The notes under the pieces were generated by a model that did no database searches, had not been told where the DNA came from, and saw only the letters and a program-made list of their open reading frames with translations. Below, one piece after another: positions 51,758-63,963 of a stretch of DNA of 64,000 bases. Both the position numbers and the translations under genes were made by a program. The DNA is from Squalus acanthias. Its lineage: Eukaryota. Position 1 is the first letter of the stretch. Each line of letters opens with the position of its first letter. The stretch lies in contig CM059432.1 of assembly GCA_030390025.1 (NCBI GenBank), positions 63,304,001 through 63,368,000 of the forward strand, given 5' to 3'.

Positions 51758-53664
51758 CTGTTACTCTCTCCACAGATGCTGCCTGACCTGCTGAGTATTT
51801 CCAGCATTTTCTGTTTCTATCCCAAACATGCTATGTAGTTCTTGCTCATGGTTGGGAAATAGTTAGACAGCTGTCTTCTATCAAGTATTTTGTTTATATC
51901 ACAAGTTTTAATAAAATAAAGAAACTCATGTTTTATTTAAATTAACGTTTTAAATATTTACAGGGTGCTGTGGCAAGAACTGTGTCCTTCAGTGATTGGA
52001 GCAATTCTTTATCTTAGTCATGATAGAACAAAGACCTACAGTCTACAATGATGTTACTCAGGGGAGGGAGGGAGAGGTCATCAGAATCATCTTCACACCG
52101 TGGCTAAACAATTCTACTAATACCTGTTGTTGAAAATAATATTTTATATCTTATGGTATTTTAAGTTTTCTTCCAACAGCAAGACTAATTTGTGAATGCA
52201 CGAAGACTCCCTTGGCACTATGCTTCACAAGATGTTATATAATTGCACTGTAGGAAGTTGAACTCTTGTTTATTTAAGCAATTGTGAAGCAAGTACTGAA
52301 GTTCTAATTGTGGGATCTAGCAATGCTATTAATTAAAACACAGTCCCTCAGAATGATCACCATATGTTATGTTTTTTCAGTGAAAAGGCTGGCTAATGCT
52401 ATAATTCTCAAAGCAGCTAAAATACGGATTAGACTAGCTATTGTACATCTGTTTCATCAGAGAGAAGAAGAGATATGCAGTTTACAAGAAAATGATGCTA
52501 TCGTTTCTTAGAAGCGATACAGGACTAAACCTTAAACCTCTATTTCAAAACAGCAGAATGACATTTTTAATGAATACCCTTTCTACAATGTGTTCTATTA
52601 TAGGGTAAAATTAGATTTAATTTATGAATTTAGGGGGATTTCTCCCTTTTACTTTCAGTCTGAATTAATGTAGGTTTTAATTGGAGAGCTATTTTCGAGA
52701 AATTATTGTCTAAATTCTGCAGCCATTGCTACAAATGACCGTGTATGTGTTGCAGCTGTAAATCTTTTCAAATTTGAAGCTGTTTCGCTATTACCAGTGT
52801 GAAAAGTAAGGAGCTATTGTACTGATCATAAATCAAATTAAAAATTCCTGTCACCTGATATCAGTTCCAAACGGGCAGTGAAGCTGATTAGAATCAGACA
52901 AGCTTAAACAATAACTGCAAACCCCAAAGTTCGAGCATGCCACACCAATACCTGACTACATTTCTAGGATTTGGCTGCAATGCAGATAATTAGATTTGCT
53001 TCCCTTTTTGAATATAAAAGTTCATACTAAGTTATCAGTTTAAGGGCACCCACATTTTAAGACTGAACATACTTAAAAAATGCCTTAAATAAAAATAAAT
53101 TTTACCACAAACTGTCAGAACCTGGCAATTGCCCAGCTATCATTGTAAAGAGCTCCATTTACTAAAGTTACAGCATGAAAAGTCAACAAATGGAAGAAAG
53201 AATGGATACTGATGAGTCTTGTGCCAAGTCCAATACAGAGACAGGATGTTCAGTTATGAATAACTTTGGAAAGGAATCATAAAGAATCCAATTTACTTTT
53301 TGAAATGCTACTGAAAATATCCACTGCCTTAGCGAATGGAAAAATGTGAGAAAAACCAATACAATACGCAGTTTGGTACAGGCAGAATGATTGGACCCAG
53401 TTTACTGTATTGACTAATTTGCCTAGAAATTGGATCGTGCTGTCCCTGTTTTACAGGCATAATATGGGCGCCTAAGGGTCCAATGTGGCAAGCAGCCTCT
53501 GAGTGCTAATTCTGCACTGGAAGTGCTCCGCCATCCATATTGGATCGGGCTTCTCCATAAGCGAAGAGCAACGCCAGAAGCATTTAAAAGGCTCACTAAA
53601 ATATTTAAATAAGAATCCTGTGTTTGTTGTAGGACCCTTTTCTGAAATTGATCTACTCCAGCGC

Positions 53665-53998
53665 TTGACTTGCCACGCAGAATGCAGCACAGCAGGAGGC
53701 CATTCGGCCCATCTTGCCTGTGATGGACTCTTTAAAGTGCTATCCAATTAGTCCCACTACCCTGCTCTATCCCCGTAGCCCTGCATATTTTTCCTTTTCA
53801 AGTATATATCCAATTCCCTTTTGAAAGTTAATATTGAATCTGCCTCCACCACCCTTTCAGGCAGTGCATTACAGATCATAACAACTTGTTGCGTAAAAAT
53901 AAAATTCCTCATCTCCCTTCTGGTTCTTCTGCCAATTATCTTAAATCTGTGTCCTCTGGTTATCGACCCTCCTGCCGGTGAAAACAGTTTCTCACTAT
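53665..53998 (-). mobile_element. CR1 3' end nested in Harbinger F
   Basis: Similar to the CR1 3' ends at 28143-28389 and 61812-61970. Confidence 0.8.
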
Positions 53999-54231
53999 TG
54001 GTGATAAACTCACCAGCAAATCATGGCACTACCAGGCAGCAAGGGCTATCTAAAGGGTTTACTCACTCCGTACAGGTTAGTTGCTGGTTTGTCTTCTTAG
54101 GCTGCTGGTTCACTTCTGGGCCTTTTATTGGCTATTTTCTGCTTTCAACAACTGAAATCTGACTTCTGCTAACAGCTTTTTGCTGGCACTGTGCTGATTT
54201 TGTCTGCCTTGAAAACAGTTTTGTTGCAGTC

Positions 54232-55190
54232 ATGGATGGCCTGGTAGGTCTGCCTTTGAGGCTGGAAAATGAGGGGAAGCAGCAAAGAAGACAGGAGAGA
54301 CCCAGAGCAGCTGGGAGAAGGGGGAGGAGGAGGGCACTATGCAGGAGGCCATACCCACAGTGAGCACTTTTCATACCTGAACTTCAATGAGGAACAATGT
54401 GTTAGGTGCCTTCACTTCACCAAGGAGGCTGTCACTAAATATGTCACCTGCTGCAGCCATAACTCAAGCCCCAAACCAGGGCATGGACAGCACTCCCTAT
54501 GGCTGTCAAGACCACGGTGGCCCTTAACTTTAACACAACGGGCTCTTTCCAGGCTGCAGCAGGTAACATCAGTGACATCTCCCAGTTTAGAGTCCACTAT
54601 TGTATCAGGGAGGTCACCGAGGCTCTCTGTAACAGGAGGAATAACAACATCACTTTCCCAATAGACAGAGCAAAGCTGAACAAGAGAGCACTAGGCTTCA
54701 TCCACATTGCAGGCTTTCCTTGGATCTAAGGTGCTATAGACTGCACCCATATTGCCTTGTGTGCTCCCCATCACCATCCTGGCATCTTTCTCAATAGAAA
54801 GGGATTCCACTCTCTGAATAACTAGCATATTTGTAACCTCAGGCAACGCATCATGCAGGTCTGTGCCCGGTATCCTGGCAGTAGTCATGATTAATTCATC
54901 CTGCACCAGTCCTCTGTGCCGCTTTTCTTCCAACCAGGCCGTCAGGTCACAGGCTGGTTACTGGGCGACAAGGGGAATCCCCTCCTGACATGGCTCATGA
55001 TTGTTAGAAACCCGGGCACAGCCGCAGAGCTGGTCTACAAGAGCCATGCCGCCCCCAGAAATATCATCGAGCAGATCCATCGGTGTGCTCAAGCAATGCT
55101 TCTGCTGCCTGGACTGTTCAGGAGAAGCTCTGCAGTACAACCCTGACAGCGTGTTCTGCATGCTGCATAACTTTGCCATACTGAGGGACA
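54232..55190 (+). pseudogene. Harbinger transposase remnant
   Basis: [53 protein letters not shown]. Confidence 0.88.
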
Positions 55191-55444
55191 TGAACCATCA
55201 CATGAACCATCCCTCCCATCCCAATACACCAACAGTCCCGCAATCCATATCACCACCGTCTTTACTGCCACCATCCAATTGCCTTCCTTCAGTCCAGCCG
55301 TATAGGTCTTGCCCTCACTTCACTACAATTATTAACACCAACACCAAATCCAGAACAAAAATTACTCCCAACACTATTCCATCTGTGTCTAATACTTAAC
55401 AGGAATAATTAAAAATTATCCTTGTGCAACCCCTTAGTGCCTAT

Positions 55445-56765
55445 CTTGAGGTCATCCAAAACTCGGCTGCCCGTGTCCTAACTTGCACCAAGTCCCTTTC
55501 GCTCATCACCCCTGTGCTCGCTGACCTACATGGATAAATGTGAAGTTATCCACTTTGGTAGGAAAAACAGAAAGGCAGAGTATTATTTAAATGGTGATAG
55601 ATTGGGAAATGTTGATGTACAGAGGACCTGGGTGTCCTTGTACACCAATCACTGAAAGCAAACATGCAAGTGCAGCAAGCAGTTAGGAAGGCAAATGGTA
55701 TGTTGGCCTTCATTGCAAGAGGATTTGAGTACAGGAGCAAGGATGTCTTACTACAGTTATACAGGGCCTTGGTGAGACCACACCTGGAGCACTGTGTGCA
55801 GTTTTGGTCTCCTTACCTAAGGAAGGATATACTTGCCATAGAGGGAGTGCAGCGAAGGTTCACCAGACTGATTCCTGGGATGGCAAGACTGTCGTATGAG
55901 GAGAGATTGGGTTGACTAGGCCTGTATTCACTAGAGTTTAGAAGAATGAGAGGGGATCTCATTGAAACGTATAAAATTCTGACAGGGCTAGATGCAGGGA
56001 GGATGTTTCCCCTGGCTGGGGGGTCTAGAACGAAGGGTCACAGTCTCAGGATACGGGGTAGGACATTTAGGACTGAGATGAGGAGAAATTTCTTCACTCA
56101 GAGGGTAGTGATCCTGTGGAATTCTCTACCACAGAAGGCTGTGGAGGCCAAGTCACTGAATATATTTAAGAAGGAGATAGATAGAATTCTAGACACAAAA
56201 GGCAACAAGGGGTATGGGGAGAGAGCAGGAATATGGTATTGAGATAGAGGATCAGCCATGATCATATTGAATGGCGGAGCAGGCTCGAAGGGCCAAATGG
56301 CCTACTTCTGCTCCTATTTTTCTATGTTTCTACATTGGCTCCCGGTTAAGCAGCACCTCAATTTCAAAATTCTCATCCTTGTTTTCAAATCCCTCCATGG
56401 CCTCGCCCCTTCCTATCTCTGTAATCTCCTTCAGCCCCACAACCCCCCGAGATATCTGCACTCCTTTAATTCTGCCCTCTTGAGCATCCCTGATTATAAT
56501 CGCTCAACCTTTGGTGGCCGTGCCTTCTGTTGCTTAGGCCCTAAGCTCTGGAATTCCCTGCCTAAACCTCTCCACCTCGCTACCTCTCTTTCCTTCTTTA
56601 AGACGCTCCTTAAAACCTACCTCTTTGACCAAGCTTTTGGTCACCTGCCCTAATTTATCCTTATGTGGATCAGTGTTAAATTTTTGTCTTAAAATACTCC
56701 TGTGCAGCACCTTGGGACGTTTTATTACATTAAAGGCGCTATATAAATACAAGTTGTTGTTGTTG
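55445..56765 (+). mobile_element. L2 3' end split by a CR1 (55533-56330)
   Basis: L2 ..ITPVLADLH|WLPVKQ..FKTLLKTYLF with (ttg)n tail. The CR1 insert is bounded by a ctacat duplication. Confidence 0.88.
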
Positions 56766-56769
56766 CTGT

Positions 56770-58503
56770 TGTCTTGTGTGCTTGTTTACCTATCTTAGTG
56801 CTTTTTTGAGGTGTATCCCCAGTGGCTACAGCTTGCAAGGTGGAAGGCTGCTGAGCTTCCATTGAGGACATTTCAGATGGTCGTGGTAGGTGACCTCAAG
56901 CAGCTCTGGTCCTCGAGGGATCGGTTGTAGACTGTAGCATCTCAGTGTGGGCTGGGGTCAGTCTGGTCCAGTTGGCAGTGTAGCAGTATAAATGCACTGG
57001 CGAAATGGCTGGTGGAGGAACAGACATACTGTCATCTTAAGAGAGGACAGCAGGTGCTTCTTCCATGGAGCAAAGGCCGCACTCCTGGAGCTGCACCTCA
57101 GCACTTCTATGGCTCTGCGCGAGAACAGAGTGCAAGAGTAATGTGATGCTCTGGAAGCCCCTTTCAACACTGGCCCCCAGAGCCAAGATGTGAGCTGCCA
57201 TAGAAGCTGTTAAAGCTGTCAGCAAAGGCTCCGTCATGGTTGTGTTCATGGAGCTGACCACTCACTATATGTGGGAGAGAATAGTCTCTATGCTCTGCGC
57301 GAAAGTTGACACAAGTTGAAGCTGGGCTCCTCCATGCTCTGAGCTATTGCGTGCAAACACTCTGGCAGGCTGCCCAGTGCACCTAGCATTTCCTAGTGTA
57401 TGCCTGAGCCCTCAAAGTCTGCATCTGAATCCTCTGCAGCAGAGCTAGTATGTGACCTCACCCTCCGGTGAACTGGCACCTGTGGCATCCTATCCACCTA
57501 ACCTAGCTCCTGCATAGTTGTGGCCAGTGATTCACCACATGAAGACTCTCACTTACCCTCTAAACTACACATGGTGCGAATCTCTAAGCTGGTGCTTGCT
57601 CGGGTCAGAGCGAGTGAAATTGCATTTTCAGGAAGACGGGCCTCCTCTTCTTGAAGCAGCACAAGAGTTTCCACATTTTCAGCACCTGAAATGAAGGAGA
57701 GGGACAAGGGTTAGCTTTTAATGTGCAGGCAGAGCAGAGAGAGATGAGTGGCTGGTGAAAGCAACTGTAGTTTGTCATGCAGCGTGTGTAGGGTGAGATA
57801 GAAGTAAGAAGTGAAAAAGAGGATAAGGTGCAAAGAAACCCTGCATAACATCTCCTCCAGTGTTGCCACTTGCCATGGCCATGACACTCCTCCTGACCGT
57901 GATGGCCAGCATATTTTCTTCCACAGGAGAGAGGATGTACAGATGGACTCAGCCTCTTCCGGTTGCTGCCTTCTGCCTCATGTTGTGCCTGACATTCTCC
58001 TGCAAGAAAGAAGGGACTGTGTTAGTGATAACCTTATGAGCTGTTTTGGGAATGTGCCTGTCATGGTAGAATAGTTCGTATGTTGTGTGGCAGATGTGAG
58101 GTGTAGGGAATTGAGAGTTGCAATAGTGCTCCTAGTGTGAGTTGGAGGAGAAGGAGGCAGAGTGAAGTGTGGTGCAGTGATTGTAGAAGAGTGAATGGAA
58201 ACGGGGAGGGGAGTGGTGTGAGTCATGTGGCTGCAGGTGGTGCAGGTAGAGGGGGAGAGTAATTGATGTAATTCTTAACTTGACAACTCTGGTGAGGTCA
58301 TTGACCTTTTTCCTTTATTACAGCCATGTCCTGGGATTGACCTCCTCTACGACCTCTTCCCACAGGCAGCAGAGGTGTTGTCTGGAGGACTTTCTGTCTC
58401 TCGAGGGGAACAGGATCTTTCTCCTGCTGTCCAACGCCTGGACCTGGACCTCCAACGCTGTATCAGAGAACCTGGGTGCCTTCTATGTACCTCTTGCAAT
58501 CAT
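56770..58503 (-). pseudogene. Harbinger Myb/SANT-like partner gene remnant
   Basis: KAPRFSDTALEVQVQAL..RRKILFP; acceptors near 57999 and 57685; exon 3 similar to elements A and B (AVLS.DDS). Confidence 0.75.
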
Positions 58504-59029
58504 TTCTACTTGCGAAGATTCTCTGCTGTCTGCAACCAGAGTGCATCTTCCCTTTTAGAGGTGCTGGCTGCCCTTAAGTGGCGTCAGTCAAATCTGACTT
58601 CGTGCACCCCCCACTCCCCCCCCCCCCCCAAACAGGCGTACAGTCAATGAGTAGAGCGGGTAACAGTGGCTGCACATCTGGTTCATTATAATGAGTTCCC
58701 TGCATGAATTTTGCATTGTCCTTGCGCTCACGTGAACAGGCACATGCAACGCCCTTGCCCTCTCGCGACCGTATTCAGGCATGATCGAATTTCTAGGCCA
58801 TTGTCTCTCATTTTTTTCCTTACCCTTCTTTTCTTGAGACCCGCAACTCATAATGGATATTAGACTGATTGACAGAGATTGATTGCTATGATTAATCAAC
58901 AACTCCATTATCATTGTATTGTGCGACTAGCAGGATGGTAGAAGGTGAACTAGATGGATCGTGGTCTTTTTTTGTCAAGCAATTCCTGTGTTCCTTTAAA
59001 GTTTCATTCACAGCAGAAGTTCTACAATA

Positions 59030-59486
59030 TCAGCTGTGGCTCAGTTGGTAGCACCCTCGCCTCCGAGTCAGATAGTTGTGAGTTCAGGTCCCACTCCAGG
59101 GACTTGAGCACTAAAATCTAGGCTGACACTCCAGTGCAGTGCTGAGGGAGTGCTGCACTGTCGGATGAGACGTTAAACTGAGGCCCCATCTGCCCTCTCA
59201 GGTGGACGTAAAAGATCCTATGGCACTATTTTCAAGAAAAGCAAGGGAGTTATCCCTGGTGTCCTAGTCAATATTTATCCCTCAATCAACATAACTTAAA
59301 AAAAAACAGATTATCGGTCATTATCACATTGCTGTTTGTGGGAGCTTGCTGTGTGCAAATTGGCTGGCACGTTTCCTACATTACAACAGTGACTGCACTT
59401 CAAAAAGTATTTAATTGGCTTTAGAGTGCTTTGAGATGTCCAGTGGTCGTGAAAGGCGCTATATAAATGCAAGTCTTTCTTTTTTC
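59030..59486 (+). mobile_element. Full-length SacSINE1/DeuSINE-type SINE
   Basis: tRNA-like A/B boxes (tggctcagttggt, gttcaggtcc), Deu-domain-like core (ggatgagacgttaaac...ggacgtaaaagatcc), L2-like tail ending (tctt)n. Confidence 0.88.
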
Positions 59487-59739
59487 TCTGCTTTGACAAC
59501 TGGGAAAATCTTCATATGTGAGCCTGCAGAGTGAATATCAGTTTGGGAACCATCACAGGTGAGCATACTTTCAAATTTCCCAGATGGTTTGGGATAACTT
59601 AATCCTAGTGGTGCAAAATATGTTTGTACTGTTTCTACAAGCTGCATTGATAGTTCCCAGATTCTGTTTTTTCCCCTGGTTTTTAATTTTGTTGCCCAGC
59701 AAGAACAAGATCTGGGAGTGATAGTGGGCTCAACACTTA

Positions 59740-60200
59740 CCATGTCTGGTCATTGCAGAGCAGCTATTAACAAAATAAAAACACAGTGCTGAACTATATT
59801 GGAAAATCAGCAGAATATCAGTCTGAGGCCATCATGTTGAAACTGTATCTTCTTCTGGTCAGACCACATCTTGAATACTGATTACTGAGACATAAGAAAA
59901 AACGTGCAGAGAAGGGCTATGAGGCTGGTCCCTTGTGTCAGAAGACTGAGTTATGAGGAAGGGTTAGAAAAAAACAGACTCTATGCCTTGAAAGCAGGTG
60001 AATGAGATGTGACCATATGGAGTAAGCAAGGTACCAAGTGGTATAAAGAAGGTTTGTCCTGAAAACTTTCACGTGAAACCGTTGCCGTATGACTTTTTCA
60101 TACAAAAGTGATTAATCCCTGGAATGAACTTCTGGCAAAAATTCTGTAATCATTCAAGAGGCAGTGGGATCCTATATCAGGGGAACCATAAGCCTCTATG
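59740..60200 (+). mobile_element. Very old CR1 fragment
   Basis: LVRPHLEY and LSYEE.LEK remnants. Confidence 0.65.
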
Positions 60201-61067
60201 GAATGGTCTCTCTCATCTGTATTTAAATGGTGATTCTTGTGATCTTGGTGAAGAGAAAGCAACAAGAATGTTGTGGCTACTGGGCTATCCCAGACTTCAT
60301 AGTGCAATTGACAGCTGTGTTTTCCCCCCATTTCATAGCCTGGGAACTCTGAGGGCAATTGTAAAACCCCCAATGCCAGGGTAGCTGAGATCATCTAGAC
60401 TAAAGATAATGGAACCCTTCTGGTCTGGTTGGCTTAGTGCCAGACCACACAATGTATTTTTTACTGAGCCAGCCTGATGGCAGGAGAAGAAGATTTGACA
60501 ACTTTATGAAACGGTTAATGTGATTCATTTATTGGTAAGTATATTATGGTTAGAAGCAAAGCAGCCCTCATGGTTCACAGAAACACATGGTGAATCCTTT
60601 CTCCTGCCTTCAAATTTCTCCCCTCCTCTTCGGAAGGTGGTGACTCACATTGAGGTATGTTCCAAGTGGCAATTTTCATATGCAAGTCTAGACAGTGACT
60701 ATTGGAAAGAAAGTCACAAGGGTATGTTCCAGCAGGATTGTACTGATTTTTATTTTATTTTATAGGGAGTAATGATTAGAAGTGATTACTAGAAAATAAT
60801 CTTATGCACCAATTACCCCACAGGTTTGATGTAGTTTAGAGAAGTGTGAGCCAGAGGCAATACAATTATACTGATGGTCTGCAGTGTTCTCTGGTTGGAA
60901 AAATTGGAATGCTGGTCTTATATGCTTACACATTTACTCATAGCTACACTCATCAGTGTCTAAAGACCATTTAAAATGTTAATATTAGAATGGCATAAAA
61001 AGTTTAAAAAGAAAATTTGGAACCACCTGGGAACGTTTTAATGTTTGCTTCACACTAGTTGCAAAGC

Positions 61068-61263
61068 CAAAGTGATGTGTGCCTATCTCCACAAAGTGAT
61101 GTGTGCCTATCTCCACAAAGTGATGTGTGCCTATCTCCACAAAGTGATGTGTGCCTATCTTTACAAAGTGATGTGTGCCTATCTTCACAAAGTGATGTGT
61201 GCCTATCTTCACAAAGTGATGTGTGCCTATCTCCACAAAGTGATGTGTGCCGATCTCCACAAA
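61068..61263. repeat. 24-bp minisatellite (acaaagtgatgtgtgcctatctcc), ~8 copies
   Basis: Direct tandem repeats. Confidence 0.97.
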
Positions 61264-61422
61264 ATGGTCTCACTTTGGAATAATGCCAGATGACTGTAAC
61301 TATGGTGCATATTTTGACAGTTTGATGCAGTTTTCACATCAAATTGATATTGAACCTGTATTATAACAGACCAATTATTAAAAGGTTTAGATGGCCTTAT
61401 AAACTACAAGAAGGAAAATTCA

Positions 61423-61582
61423 AACAACAACTTGCATTTATATAGTGCCTTTAAAAATGTCCCACAGTTTCACAGAATAAAAATGGATGCCAAGCTAAAG
61501 AAAGAGATATTAGGAGGTGTGGCCTAAAGCTTGGTCAAAGAAGTGGATTTTAAAGATGGTCTTAAAGAAGATGTCAGAGGTG
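61423..61582 (-). mobile_element. L2 3'-end fragment
   Basis: Similar to 33630-33800 (aaagcttggtcaaaga..ttttaa). Confidence 0.7.
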
Positions 61583-61970
61583 AGGGATGATTTTAACTCT
61601 CAGTGGAAGCGGACAGCAATTCCACACAGGAGTCTTCAACAGAGGCCAGCAGATTTTAACTGCAGCTCGTTTGAATGAAGCTGGTCAGATGCTCACTCAT
61701 TTCGGGTGGAAAGCGGTGGCTGTGGGAAGAGGGGGGAAGGGGAGAGGAGGGGGATGTAGATTGGACGGCCCAGATGCCACCCACCAGCACCAGGAGAAGG
61801 CTGCCGGTAGTCATAGAGTCATAATGGCACAGAAGGAGACCATTCAGCCCATCGAGTCCGTGTCGGCTCTCTATAGAGCAATCCAGTCAGTCCCATTCCC
61901 CTGCTCTATCCCCGTAGCCCTGCGAGTTTATTTCCTTCAATTGCCTATCCAGTCTCCCCTTGAAAACAGT

Positions 61971-62727
61971 GGGCCAAAAATTCGGCCCTTGCCGGGTGAG
62001 TACGCACTGTGTACTCACCCGTAAGGCGTCCTGAAGTGCCGGTTTCCTGCATGCACTGCGCATGCGCGGGAAACCGGAACTTCTGGTCTGGTGAAGGGAG
62101 CGGTTCATAGGTGAACCGCGTGCGCGGTAGAGGCTGAGCGCACGCAGCAAACTTAGGTTTTTTTTCAGGTTTCTACGGGAGGGTAAGTATTGAAGAACCT
62201 GTGCTTTTAAAAAGGAGGCGCAGGACCCGTTTTCAACAAGGTAAGTGGTTAATTAATTATAATTTAAAAAAAATTTCAACAGCTTTATCTTTTTTAGATA
62301 CTTTAAAGAAAGGTAAGTTTATTTTTAGCACTGTTAAAAAGTATTTTAATTTTTTCAAAAATTTAAATTTTTGTTTAAAGTAGTTAATTTATTTAACTTA
62401 TAGTTATTTTATAAATGTGATGGTTTTTTTAAAATTTATTTTAAGTTTAACTGTTCTTTTGGGGCCGATTTCAATTCATAGATTTGACAGGTCTTCCTGT
62501 CAAATCTATGAATGAAAGATGGTCTGCTGCCATTGGCTCTCCATGGCCCACGTGATCCCAGGGGACACATCGCACTAACTACGCCCCTGGGACACGCAAG
62601 CACTGCACTTGGAGCAGGCCCAGGAGCTGAAGTTCCCGTGGGCCCAGAGGTCAACGGCAGGCGCGGTAGGTAAGTGCGCGCGCGATCCTTACCCCCGTGG
62701 CAAGCTGGAGAGGCGAATTTCAGGGCC
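61971..62727. mobile_element. Non-autonomous Harbinger-type element (AT-rich core)
   Basis: AGT|gggccaaaaattcg...cgaatttcagggcc|ATT; host CR1 resumes. Confidence 0.85.
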
Positions 62728-63194
62728 ATTGAGTGTCTCCGCTTCCACCACTTCCATCCGCAGCGAATTCCAGGTCATCACCACTCGCTGCGTCAAAAAG
62801 ATTTTCCTCACATCCCCCCTGTATCTCTTGCCCAAAATCTGTGTCTCCTAGTCCTTGAACCATCAACTAGTGGGAACAGCCTTTCCCCGTCTAGCCTATC
62901 CAAACCCGTCATAATCTTGTACACCTCTATCAAATCACCCCGCAACCTCCTTTGCTCTACTGAAAACAAATCCAGCATCTCTAACCTGTCCTTGTAGCTA
63001 AGATCCCCCATCCCCAGAACCATTCTGGTAAATCTCCTCTGCACCCTCTCAAGGGCCTTCACATTTCCTAAAGTGTGGTGATCAAAACTGGATGCAATAC
63101 TCCAGTTGTGGCCTAACCAGCGCTTTATAAAGGTTCAGCATAACTTCTCTACTTTTGTACTCAATACCTCTATTTATGAAGCCCAAGATCCCAT

Positions 63195-63963
63195 GGTGGA
63201 AAAATTCGGTTACTTTGCGCCTCCCGTTAGTGCCGTAAGAGGGCTCTAATGGGGCGCAAAGCAACTAGCGCCCGGGCGCAGTGCCGCCAATGCTTTCGCG
63301 AAATTCAGCGGGAGGTTAGCGGCGGCGCTAACCGTTAGCACCCCCCGGTGCTGCTCCGCCAGCGATTACGTCATCGCCATGCGCAGCGCCCCACTCGCGC
63401 CCCGGCCGCGATCTTCGGTAGCGCCCCCTGATTTATCGCCGGACGCTATGTCTGGCGGGGTATGGGGGGCCTACCTGCAGCCGGGGCGGCGCTATTTAAA
63501 GGCAAGATGCCGGGCGGCCATTTTTGTTGCTGGCCGCCTGCAGCACCTGCCTCCGCTCCCATCCCCGGCCTCCTTACCCGTCCCCCTGCGGAGTGCCGGC
63601 TGCGCTCCATGAGCCCGGCACTTCTCTTGAGTGCTGGGCTCTTTTGCCAGCACTTCAATCCCCGGGGGCCCAGCTGGGCCCCGGGTCACGCTGCACAAGG
63701 CCCCTCCCGTTTAAGAAGGGGAGGAAGGCCTGCAATACCGCGGCACGACGTGCCGCAGCGCATGGCGCTGCACTACGTAGCACCGCTATATACCCTTGCA
63801 GTGCCCCAAGAGGGAGGTGGGGCACTTCCAGTAGTGCCCCGCTTCCCTCTTGGGACGCTACCACTCAATTTCAGTTGCGGGGGCGCTAATTTTTCCGGGG
63901 CGCTATATGTAGTGCTCCGGCAAATTTAGCGCCTCAAAGGGGGAGCGACTCAATTTTTCGCCC
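63195..63963. mobile_element. Non-autonomous Harbinger-type MITE (CpG-rich, young)
   Basis: CAT|ggtggaaaaatt...aatttttcgccc|CAT; the empty site restores CR1 (gatcccatatgctttg). Confidence 0.92.

Larger units (their letters stand above)
51059..51819. mobile_element. Penelope-like insertion with inverted pseudo-LTR arrangement
   Basis: 14-bp TSD tcccaaacat(a/g)cta at 51045 and 51820. Left part is minus strand, right part plus strand, with a foldback junction near 51320. Confidence 0.88.
53420..58799. mobile_element. PIF/Harbinger DNA transposon F (older, with nested LINEs)
   Basis: ATT|tgcctagaaattggatcgtgc...gcatgatcgaatttctaggcc|ATT. Confidence 0.88.

Noticed and set aside
51960..52511. Plus-strand acceptor-like sites with short ORFs (also 3563-3766 and 10572-10784)
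   Set aside because: No recognisable protein similarity or matching donor sites; expected by chance in AT-rich DNA.
59030..59100. tRNA gene
   Set aside because: tRNA-derived SINE head that continues directly into the SINE body.
60985..61293. Repetitive ORFs / CRISPR-like array
   Set aside because: Pure 24-bp tandem repeat with no unique spacers, in eukaryotic context.
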